Below, in pieces: positions 49,738-57,838 of a DNA stretch of 64,000 nucleotides. The first letter of the stretch is position 1; every line of letters begins with the position of its first letter. The notes beneath the pieces were generated by a model that was not told where the DNA came from, made no database searches, and saw nothing but the letters and a program-made list of their open reading frames with translations. The stretch lies in IMG/VR virus record IMGVR_UViG_3300028805_000061; one strand, written 5' to 3'. Made by a program: the position numbers and the translations under genes. This stretch comes from a virus. Taxonomy: Duplodnaviria; Caudoviricetes.

Positions 49738-50648
49738 TGAATAATATGACAAAATATTCTAAAGAGATTATAGAAGAATTGTATATTAATCAAAATAAAA
49801 CTAGAAAAGAGATTTGTGAAATTTTAAAAATTTCTTGTAAAAAGTTTTGTAAGATGATAAAAGATTATGATATATATAAATCTAAAGATAAAATAATTTC
49901 TAGAATAAAACAGTCTAACATAAATACTTATGCTACTGGGAAACCTCAAGAAAAAATAAAACAAACTTTTATAAAAAATTGGGGAGTTGAAAACCCCAAT
50001 AAATTACTTACAATTCAGAATAAGAAAATTAATACTTCTTTAGAAAGATATGGAGAATCCCATCCCAATAAATCTAAAGAAGTAAAAATTAAAATTTCTC
50101 AAAGTAATAAAAAAGTATATGCTACTGGAAAACCTCAAATAAAACAACAAGAAACTTTTCAAAAAAAATATGGATATAATACCCCTCTATTAATTCCTAA
50201 AATTAGAGATAAGATTAGAGAAGGTTTTGATTCAGGTATTACACAACTGAAAGACTATAAAACCAAAAAGAAAAATAAATCTTTTAATAAATCAAAACCA
50301 GAAGAAGAAGCTTATCAATTACTCTTAACAAAATTTCCAGTAGAAGATATTGAGAGACAATATAGATCTGAATTATACCCATTTAATTGTGATTTTTATA
50401 TCAAATCCTTAGATCTATTTATAGAATGTAATTTTCATTGGACACATGGGAAATACCCCTATACGAATATTAAAGACCCTTTATTAGAAAAATGGGAAAC
50501 AAGAAAAGATAAAAAATTCTATCAAAAAGCAATTGAAGTATATACTAGATTCGATCCTTTAAAAAGAAAAATGGCTCAACAAAATAATCTTAATTGGATT
50601 GAATTCTTTACTTTAGCTGATATTTACAATTATATAAAGGAGTTATAA
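49737..50648 (+). mobile_element. free-standing homing endonuclease (PD-(D/E)XK / Vsr-DUF559-like)
   Basis: N-terminal HTH, repeated K.KQT....(W/Y)G...P units, SKPEEE...RQY...YPFNCDFYI..LDLFIECNFHWTHG. Confidence 0.7.
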
Positions 50649-51544
50649 TGTTATTATTAGAAGAAGCAATAAGAACAGTTGTTACTTCTCTGGGTAATCA
50701 GATCATTCCACTAGAAGCTTTTTCTCTAGATAAAGATACAATACAGCAGGATATGTTTTTACCTACATTAAGAGAATATCAAGAGTATTTTCCAAACATA
50801 AAGACTAAAACTATTACTGCAAATTCATTAGGAGGATCTGATATAGTAATTAATTTACCTGATTGTATTGGATCTCCTTTGAGTATGAGATTTGGGGGCT
50901 ATCCTAATGTACCTCCTTTGAATAGTCTTTATTCTAAACCAGATTGGAGTTGGGATTTTCAAACTAAAACTCTTCATACTGTAATGGGAGGAGGCCCCTG
51001 GATACTTACTTATGCAGCTAATTATACTTTAGAAAATGCTCAAGTAATAGAGTCTTTCCAGACTCTTAAAGATGAAGATGAAATCTCCTTTAAAATAAGA
51101 GGTGAGTTCAAGGGTAAATCTTTAAAGATTACTAGGAAGAAAGATAAACTTTCAATGAAAGTAGTTGATGTTTATAAAAAAGATGGACTCACGTATGGGG
51201 AATTAGAAGGTCAATTAGGAGCTGGTAGAATTTGTTTAAATGATTTAAGATGTAAACTTGAATTAGATTCTACTAGAGACGATGAGCTTATTATAGAATA
51301 CATTTCTAAATATAAAGCTATACAAGAGTTAACTTTTCAAAATATGGAATTTCTTATTTGGTTTGCAAGTAAATTACTTACTTCAATAGGTTCTCTTAAA
51401 CTAATGACTCAATTAGATGGTATGCCATTTAATATTGCAATTGATGATCTAAGAACAAGAGGTCTTGAATTAGTTAATCAAGTAGAAACTGATTTAAAAG
51501 TACAAAAACAAGAATTTTATTCTTGGACAGGAAGTAAATATTAG
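50648..51544 (+). CDS. neck protein (T4 gp13-like)
   Basis: N-terminal LG.......E..LD...I motif and C-terminal IG..K...QL.G.P..I..DDL..RG.E....VE..L resemble gp13. Confidence 0.55.
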   Translation: MLLLEEAIRTVVTSLGNQIIPLEAFSLDKDTIQQDMFLPTLREYQEYFPNIKTKTITANSLGGSDIVINLPDCIGSPLSMRFGGYPNVPPLNSLYSKPDWSWDFQTKTLHTVMGGGPWILTYAANYTLENAQVIESFQTLKDEDEISFKIRGEFKGKSLKITRKKDKLSMKVVDVYKKDGLTYGELEGQLGAGRICLNDLRCKLELDSTRDDELIIEYISKYKAIQELTFQNMEFLIWFASKLLTSIGSLKLMTQLDGMPFNIAIDDLRTRGLELVNQVETDLKVQKQEFYSWTGSKY

Positions 51545-51553
51545 GAGTAGATA

Positions 51554-52207
51554 ATGCCAGATAATTTTAAAGAATCACCTGATTATAAAGCTGATCAACA
51601 TATTTCAAAAGAGAATCTAAAAGATTTAGCATTATCTACAACCGATGTAGTTGATGCTTATAATTCTGATAGGGCTGATAGACTAGAGAATAATTGGACA
51701 GCTAAGTCTCTTTATGCTTCTACTATTAGTTTTAAAGCTTGGAGAAAGAAATATTCTAAGCCAGGAAATATAGTTTTAAAGAAACCTACTCCCTTTGCTG
51801 GTACTTCTTCTATAATGTTTAATGCTACAATGAAGGGTGTTACACAGTATCCAGATTTACATAGAGTAGTAATTATGTTTTCAGGTTTGAAATTTGCTAA
51901 AGAACCTTTTAAAAATTGTATTGATGTTGAATATAAGGGCAAAGTTTATTATGTAGAAAAACCCAGTCTTAATAAAACTACTATAAGAGTTAGATGTTCT
52001 TGTAAAGATTTTTATTTCTGTTTTAGTTTATGGGATTATTTGAATAGAGCAATAGTAGGTCCTAAACCTAAAAAATATACAAGAAAAACACCTCCTCCAA
52101 GTCAAGGAGGTAGACCTTATGTAAATCCTGGAAAGATACCTGGTTTATGTAAACATATATTTTGGTTAATGAGATATTTAAAACAAAAGGGTTGGGTAAG
52201 AACATAA
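51554..52207 (+). CDS. SWIM zinc-finger protein
   Basis: RVRCSCKDF...GLCKHI. Confidence 0.75.
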   Translation: MPDNFKESPDYKADQHISKENLKDLALSTTDVVDAYNSDRADRLENNWTAKSLYASTISFKAWRKKYSKPGNIVLKKPTPFAGTSSIMFNATMKGVTQYPDLHRVVIMFSGLKFAKEPFKNCIDVEYKGKVYYVEKPSLNKTTIRVRCSCKDFYFCFSLWDYLNRAIVGPKPKKYTRKTPPPSQGGRPYVNPGKIPGLCKHIFWLMRYLKQKGWVRT

Positions 52208-52227
52208 AATTTTAAGGAGCAAATAAG

Positions 52228-52602
52228 ATGAATAATACAGACTTAACAGAGAAACTTTGTCTACATATAATTAGAAATTCCAACCCTTCAGAAATATCAG
52301 AAGGAATAGCTGGTAAAGAAGCTATAAGATTTTTAAAAGACTCTGGTATACTTATTCTTCAAATTAAGAAATTAAAAGAAAATCAGGAACTGTTTTTAGA
52401 CTTGATTGAACCTGTAGGGTTTGTTTCCATATTAAAAGAAGATAATAAATATGTAATAACAATAGTTATTAAAGGTCAAAAAAGTAAAGTTATAATAGTA
52501 GAAAAACCATTAGAAGTTTATAAAAAGATTTTTGATATATTTAAAGATCAAATGACTACTGGTATTAAGAATTTGAAATTAAAATATGAAGTCCATAATT
52601 AA
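52228..52602 (+). CDS. hypothetical protein
   Basis: AAGGAG RBS. Confidence 0.6.
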   Translation: MNNTDLTEKLCLHIIRNSNPSEISEGIAGKEAIRFLKDSGILILQIKKLKENQELFLDLIEPVGFVSILKEDNKYVITIVIKGQKSKVIIVEKPLEVYKKIFDIFKDQMTTGIKNLKLKYEVHN

Positions 52603-52614
52603 TAAAGGCACAAT

Positions 52615-52920
52615 ATGCTAAATAATACACTTAATGAAATATTTAATGAAGTAGATAAAATAGACACACATACAAATAACCAATGTATGAATTGTGGAGC
52701 TAATTTACCCAATGAATATGCTACTAAATGTGAAGTATGTGGTTATGATTGTATAAGTGAATTTAGTTGCCCATACAAAGTAATAAAACAAATCCCTATA
52801 CAAAATTCTCCAGTTACTTTAGCATTTTGTGAATTATCTAAAAAACAATGTAATGTACAAGGGTTAGACTTTGAAATCTGTTCAGTATTTAGAAGTTTAG
52901 ATTCATTAAAGGATGATTAA
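52615..52920 (+). CDS. zinc-ribbon protein
   Basis: CMNCG...CEVCG plus further Cys. Confidence 0.65.
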   Translation: MLNNTLNEIFNEVDKIDTHTNNQCMNCGANLPNEYATKCEVCGYDCISEFSCPYKVIKQIPIQNSPVTLAFCELSKKQCNVQGLDFEICSVFRSLDSLKDD

Positions 52921-53614
52921 TATGTTTAATAATTATGATAGTTTTTTTCATTTAGATTTATGGGAAAGCTGTGAAAATGAAACTACTGGCTTTCCCATAA
53001 AAAGAAATAATTCTCTTAATAGAATAAATCAAATAATAGAAAAATTTGATAGCTTAAATGAAGCAATTGAAGTAGATGGTAAATGGTATAATAATTTAGA
53101 AGATGTATATCATGTAGGGTCAGCTAAGAAATTTGATGATGCCAGATTTTTATTAAATACCACTAATCCCATGAATTTGAAAAAGAAATATTCTAAAGAT
53201 AATCAATATCCTATAGATTTCTTTATTCAGTTCATTGATCCAAAAACTCTTAAAGTAGTTTCCTTTATGATAGTATATGAACAAAATCCTTTTGGGGAAG
53301 GTTCTTTTGGTGGACAAAAAAATTGTTGTAGATTGATTCTTTATAAAACAAAAGCTTTTGCAATGGAAAAAACTGATACAAAACATAGATTTGCTTTCAT
53401 AGTAAAAAATGCAAAAGATATTAAAAATATTAAAGAAGATCCTTCTTTAAGAATATTATGGCAAGATGAACCAAGAAAAACTATCTCCAATCTTAAACCT
53501 TCTGAGATTCATAATGAACTATTAGCTGCTGTAAAAACACTCAATTCAGCTGGTTATATAGTAATAGATGATTTTGATGATACTATAGAAAGAATTTTAA
53601 ATGCCACAAGATAA
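52913..53614 (+). CDS. hypothetical protein
   Basis: ORF track; SLNE/AIE site. Confidence 0.6.
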   Translation: MINMFNNYDSFFHLDLWESCENETTGFPIKRNNSLNRINQIIEKFDSLNEAIEVDGKWYNNLEDVYHVGSAKKFDDARFLLNTTNPMNLKKKYSKDNQYPIDFFIQFIDPKTLKVVSFMIVYEQNPFGEGSFGGQKNCCRLILYKTKAFAMEKTDTKHRFAFIVKNAKDIKNIKEDPSLRILWQDEPRKTISNLKPSEIHNELLAAVKTLNSAGYIVIDDFDDTIERILNATR

Positions 53615-54032
53615 AAGAACAGCTACATATAAAATCTTAAAAGCTAATATCCCTATAATTGAATCCTTATTAGCTGTAAAAGAAAAATCAGAAGGCTATA
53701 GATGTTTAGTATATTTTCCAATAGGTACTGATTCTGTTTATGGAGTATTAGATCAATATACTTACTATAAGAAACCTGATTTAGATAAACTATTTGTTTG
53801 TTTGTCTGCTGTTCAAGAATCCTGGCAAGGTACAATAGATGGTACACAATATGATCCATTTTTAAGTGATCCTCCAGTAATATTAACTACATTTGAAAAG
53901 AAATTACCTATAATGAGTAAAGTAGTTCTTTATTATAATGAAGGAATTAGAATTTTTAGAGTAGCTTTTCATAGATCTTATGATGGTGCTAAACCTTATT
54001 TAATAAGAAATATGTTACAACCATTAAGTTAA
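53601..54032 (+). CDS. hypothetical, possible head-closure protein
   Basis: Size and context only. Confidence 0.4.
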   Translation: MPQDKRTATYKILKANIPIIESLLAVKEKSEGYRCLVYFPIGTDSVYGVLDQYTYYKKPDLDKLFVCLSAVQESWQGTIDGTQYDPFLSDPPVILTTFEKKLPIMSKVVLYYNEGIRIFRVAFHRSYDGAKPYLIRNMLQPLS

Positions 54033-54093
54033 TTTTAAAGTTATAAGCTTACATCCCTTATTAAAATATGAAATTAATAGGAGAAAATTTAAT

Positions 54094-54297
54094 ATGGATG
54101 AAGAATTAGAGAATAATTATAATACTTCTTATATAGTTATTCAGGAAATTGATACAATGGTAACAAAATCTATTACTGTTTTAGGAGAATTTGAAAATGA
54201 AGAAGAGGCTAAAGAATTTATAAAGTATTATAAAACTATTCAAAAGCCTGTTTCTGGCTATATAAAATATAGAATATCTCTTTTTTATAGAAAATAA
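54094..54297 (+). CDS. small hypothetical protein
   Basis: AGGAG RBS; LGEFENEEEAKEFIK. Confidence 0.6.
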   Translation: MDEELENNYNTSYIVIQEIDTMVTKSITVLGEFENEEEAKEFIKYYKTIQKPVSGYIKYRISLFYRK

Positions 54298-54299
54298 AA

Positions 54300-54348
54300 G
54301 GAGAACATAAATGTTCTCCAAAGAAGTTTGATAAAATATTTTGAAGTT
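54300..54348. terminator. cassette B downstream end: hairpin plus conserved 29-mer
   Basis: ggagaacat-aa-atgttctcc then aaagaagtttgataaaatattttgaagtt. Confidence 0.8.
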
Positions 54349-54352
54349 TAAA

Positions 54353-54442
54353 CTAATATTTCTTAGTAAAAGTCCAGACATTAGCAGTACTACTATCACC
54401 TTGCTGACTATAAAAATATTTCTTATATAATTTCTTTTTCAT
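54353..54442 (-). pseudogene. 29-codon mini-ORF carrying the last half-blade of an RCC1-repeat gene (remnant)
   Basis: MKKKLYKKYF-YSQQGDSSTANVWTFTKKY*; last 19 aa align with YSQQGNGDTTDILTFTKRN* of 26451-27080; AAAGGA RBS. Confidence 0.75.
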
Positions 54443-54458
54443 AATTTATATCCTTTCG

Positions 54459-55769
54459 TTAATAAGGTTTGCAAGAGAGGGAAGCACCAAAGTTACTATA
54501 GGTAGAAGGACTATCGCTTAAAGGGCTGTTGTAAGCCAGATACACAGAGAAAAGACCACCATTGGATATGGCATTGTAGTAGCCACCAAAATAAGCACAA
54601 CCAACGAGCGAGCTGGAAGAGCTCAGGGCGCAGCCGACTTGGTCGCAGTAGTAAGTATAATTTGAACCAGGGGTTGGATAGCCTGAAGAAGGAAAGTACC
54701 ACATAATACCATCTGAAGTATTAGGCACTCCTAAATTGCATAAATTTATACCTCCAACTCCATTATATCCAGTATACGATTTATAACCTGGGCTACTACT
54801 TGTTGGGTCATAACTAATAGCAGTGGTTCCATCTGCTGTATAATTACACAACTTATAAAATATTTTTGATTGATAACAAGTTAAACCATTTATCCATTTA
54901 TTACAATTACCCCATAAGTTTTCCATACCAAAGAATTTAACAGGTGTAGTGCTTGATGAAGTATTATTTGTAGAATAGAACATAGGCTTATCTTTTAATG
55001 AACCAGTAGAAGTCGTTTTTGTACCGCCTACAACTCCACCTCCACATTTACTTTGGCTATCTCTTGATTTAAACATTAAAATAAATAACATCTGTATCAT
55101 TTGTAATGTTCCTAAGTCAAGAAAATCCCAACCGTTACCATTTGCTTGAGCATAAGTTCTCATTGTAGTACCAGCAACTGTATTTACTAGAACAGTCCGT
55201 CCTGCTAAACTTCTTAATGTACTACCTGTCAATGATGGTTCAAAAGCTGCTGTATAAATTTCATCAAGTAAAATACCATTATTGTTATAATGTGAATAAC
55301 AATGGTATTTGCCATCTACATTTTCAGGAGCTATAAAAACATATTGATATCTGCCTGTTGCGTCGGTGCTTAAATTAGTACCATCTGCTGAATTTGAAGT
55401 TCTAAATTTAAGCCAAACTTGTGGAAAACCTATCATGCAGTTTCCTTTGTATTGTCTATTACTTATATCACTTTCAGTTCCATCAAGTTTCTTTGTAAAA
55501 TCATTATGATCTAATTCGTAATCAACTGTTCCATCATACTTTAACATTACAGGTCTTGGCTGAAAGAAAGCATTTTCCCAACTACCATAATCTAATTGAC
55601 CTGTTGTAAAATCCATGCTCGCAGGGGTATAATCAGCGTTATTGCCAAAATATGTTACTGCTGTTGTGGGATCAGAATTTGTGGTGTCTATTATAAAGCA
55701 ATATTCTTCTGCGTTTCCACCTCTTTTTATTAAACCCCCTAAAGGTTCCAATTTTGTTTTTATACCCAT
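54459..55769 (-). CDS. receptor-binding / tail-fibre-type protein with C-type lectin (DGR-target-like) C-terminus and MGIKTKLEPLGG tag
   Basis: VKFFGMENLWGNCNKWING and terminal GG.Y.....GGLF...L.....S....NFGASLSCKP are typical of CLec-fold DGR targets; AAGGAG RBS. Confidence 0.8.
   Translation of the reverse strand: MGIKTKLEPLGGLIKRGGNAEEYCFIIDTTNSDPTTAVTYFGNNADYTPASMDFTTGQLDYGSWENAFFQPRPVMLKYDGTVDYELDHNDFTKKLDGTESDISNRQYKGNCMIGFPQVWLKFRTSNSADGTNLSTDATGRYQYVFIAPENVDGKYHCYSHYNNNGILLDEIYTAAFEPSLTGSTLRSLAGRTVLVNTVAGTTMRTYAQANGNGWDFLDLGTLQMIQMLFILMFKSRDSQSKCGGGVVGGTKTTSTGSLKDKPMFYSTNNTSSSTTPVKFFGMENLWGNCNKWINGLTCYQSKIFYKLCNYTADGTTAISYDPTSSSPGYKSYTGYNGVGGINLCNLGVPNTSDGIMWYFPSSGYPTPGSNYTYYCDQVGCALSSSSSLVGCAYFGGYYNAISNGGLFSVYLAYNSPLSDSPSTYSNFGASLSCKPY
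54462..54700 (-). other. DGR variable-region-like segment
   Basis: GC spike (34/60 G+C at 54601-54660) and many NNC codons for Y/S/N/G/C at the 3' end of the CLec gene; no template repeat or RT seen in window. Confidence 0.5.
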
Positions 55770-55799
55770 TTTACTAATCTCCTTTTTAAAAGTATTTTT

Positions 55800-55845
55800 T
55801 AAAAATACCAGTTAAAAAAAAAATCCTATATAGGACACTCGAAAA
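55800..55845 (-). promoter_or_regulatory. cassette B upstream element (A10 tract plus TCCTATATAGGA palindrome)
   Basis: taaaaataccagtt-A10-tcctatataggacactcgaaaa. Confidence 0.75.
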
Positions 55846-55942
55846 GGATAAAAACAACAGAACTTCAAGAAAACTAGTAGTCACCTTTTTAAATTTTAAA
55901 TTATAATAAACTTAGAACAATGATTAAAGGAGACATATATTT

Positions 55943-56491
55943 ATGAGACCTACGATTAACCAGCTTAGAGCTCTAACTGATTTCGCTCCCTCATATAGGT
56001 GGGATATGAATGCTGCATTACCAGCACAAGTTGCTCAAGCTATCAATTCTTATGAATTGAATTTAAGAACTACTTCATTCACTATTCCAAAAAGAACCGT
56101 TGATCCAATAGAAGTTGCAAATAGAGGCCACAAAATTTATAGAGAAGGGATTACTTCATTCTCTCAACAAATATCTCTTTCTACTATTGGTACAATAGAT
56201 GCAATGGCTCATAAAGCAATTAGGAATTGGCACATGATGCAATGGTCAGATGATGGTCAAACTGTTTATGGTAGAATGTCTTCTAATAATCCATTAGATA
56301 GACAAGCTATTATTACATTAACTGCTTTAAATAATACTGACCAACCTTATTGGAGCTATACTATTATGGGCTGCTGGTTACAAGATAGTGATTTTGGAGA
56401 ATATGGTTCAGATTCTTCAGATATTATTAGACCCTCTATGACTATCAATTATGATTACTTTATTGATGGACCAGCTTCAACTGCAGCTTAA
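55943..56491 (+). CDS. tail tube protein (T4 gp19-like)
   Basis: F.IPKR....IEV..RG..IY..G, I.NW, Y.I.GCW......GEY........ .TINYDYF. Confidence 0.8.
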   Translation: MRPTINQLRALTDFAPSYRWDMNAALPAQVAQAINSYELNLRTTSFTIPKRTVDPIEVANRGHKIYREGITSFSQQISLSTIGTIDAMAHKAIRNWHMMQWSDDGQTVYGRMSSNNPLDRQAIITLTALNNTDQPYWSYTIMGCWLQDSDFGEYGSDSSDIIRPSMTINYDYFIDGPASTAA

Positions 56492-56511
56492 TAATTTTTA
56501 CTTGTTACTTT

Positions 56512-56543
56512 AGGAATTCCTATAAAAATATAGGGATTCTTTT
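56512..56543 (+). terminator. intrinsic terminator
   Basis: ggaattcctata...tatagggattct plus ttt. Confidence 0.6.
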
Positions 56544-56613
56544 AGTGGAATTTAGTAAACTCATTGATAGTTTATATTATTAATAAAACTTATATAATTT
56601 AAGGAGAATAAAA

Positions 56614-57159
56614 ATGGCACAAAAAAGATTTGCAAAACTTATTGATGAACATCATATAGAATTTGCACCGAAAAATAAAGGTAATATTTTTAATTATGAC
56701 CTAGATGAAGATTTAATGAGAGCTGATGGTTATAAAGAATTTGTTCCAGCTACTCAAGAAGAAGGAAAAACTTATACAAATTATAGATATCAAGAAACAA
56801 GTACTAAAATTAAAGAACTTTGTGATGAAGTACCCCCTCCTACTCCAGAAGAATTATATCAACAAAGATATGAACAATTCCATAGAGAATTTTTCAATAC
56901 TTCATTAGGATATATTAGAAGAATCGTTACTAAAGCTGATGGTTCTACAGCTGATTTTCTTTTAGATTATGTATCACTAATTAATAAAGCAGTTGAATCT
57001 GGTTTACAGTATCCTATAATTACTTATGATGAACCAGACTTTAATGAAGATGTTACTGACTGGACACAATATCAACATCATGTTTATGCTACAAACCAAT
57101 TCATTTTGGAATGCTTAACTCAAGCTGGTAATGACTTTATTCCAGTAAATCCCGCTTAA
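56614..57159 (+). CDS. hypothetical, possible tail-fibre assembly-type protein
   Basis: AAGGAG RBS; DGYKEF..A and EVPPPTPEE linker pattern. Confidence 0.55.
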   Translation: MAQKRFAKLIDEHHIEFAPKNKGNIFNYDLDEDLMRADGYKEFVPATQEEGKTYTNYRYQETSTKIKELCDEVPPPTPEELYQQRYEQFHREFFNTSLGYIRRIVTKADGSTADFLLDYVSLINKAVESGLQYPIITYDEPDFNEDVTDWTQYQHHVYATNQFILECLTQAGNDFIPVNPA

Positions 57160-57173
57160 TAGGAGTGTATTAA

Positions 57174-57653
57174 ATGCCTACTAATATTAATACAAAAAGA
57201 GATATTTTCAAATTCCTTAAATGGTTTAAGAAAGATGAAAAGAATTATAAAGGTCAACCTGCATGGGGTGATTTGCAACAGGTAAATGGCCTTCTCCTTA
57301 GAATTTTAGATGAGTGGAGAGATGCTGTAGGTAAATCTTGTATTATACATGCTGCTTATGAAACTTCTGGACATGGAACATATTCTGAACATTGTAGGGG
57401 AGACGCTATAGATTGTCATTTTGACAGATCAGTTTCCCTTTGGAAATGTTATGAATGTCTTCAAAAAGTGTTAGCTAAATATAATTTGCAAAATAGAGTT
57501 GGTATTGGAGTTTATACATGTTGGAATAATCCAGGTTTCCATCTTGATTTAAGAGGTTTTGAACTTACTTGGCTTTGTGAAAAATCTGGTACTTATATAT
57601 ATGATAAAGCAAAAACAATTGCAAAAATGAAAGCCTTAGCTGGTATAAAATAA
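57174..57653 (+). CDS. peptidase M15-family protein (candidate endolysin)
   Basis: SEHCRGDAID (SxHxxGxAxD) and GIGVY...GFHLDLR. Confidence 0.8.
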   Translation: MPTNINTKRDIFKFLKWFKKDEKNYKGQPAWGDLQQVNGLLLRILDEWRDAVGKSCIIHAAYETSGHGTYSEHCRGDAIDCHFDRSVSLWKCYECLQKVLAKYNLQNRVGIGVYTCWNNPGFHLDLRGFELTWLCEKSGTYIYDKAKTIAKMKALAGIK

Positions 57654-57687
57654 TTTGTAGGTCCTTTTAACTCCATTAATATAATAC

Positions 57688-57723
57688 AAAATGATAACTA
57701 AATTAATTTAGTTATCATTTTTT
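57688..57723 (+). terminator. intrinsic terminator
   Basis: aaaatgataactaaa...tttagttatcatttt. Confidence 0.7.
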
Positions 57724-57838
57724 ACATATTATCAAGTTATTTTCCTTCTTCATATAATCTATATTTGATTTTAAATTGTATTAAATACAGTCGTATTTTT
57801 ATGTTTATACAATTAAATCAGAAAAGGAGATTAACAAG

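Noticed and set aside
19686-57780. TTAAATT upstream of several late-type genes as a late promoter
   Set aside because: An AT-only heptamer is expected frequently at this base composition; it cannot be supported without transcription start data.
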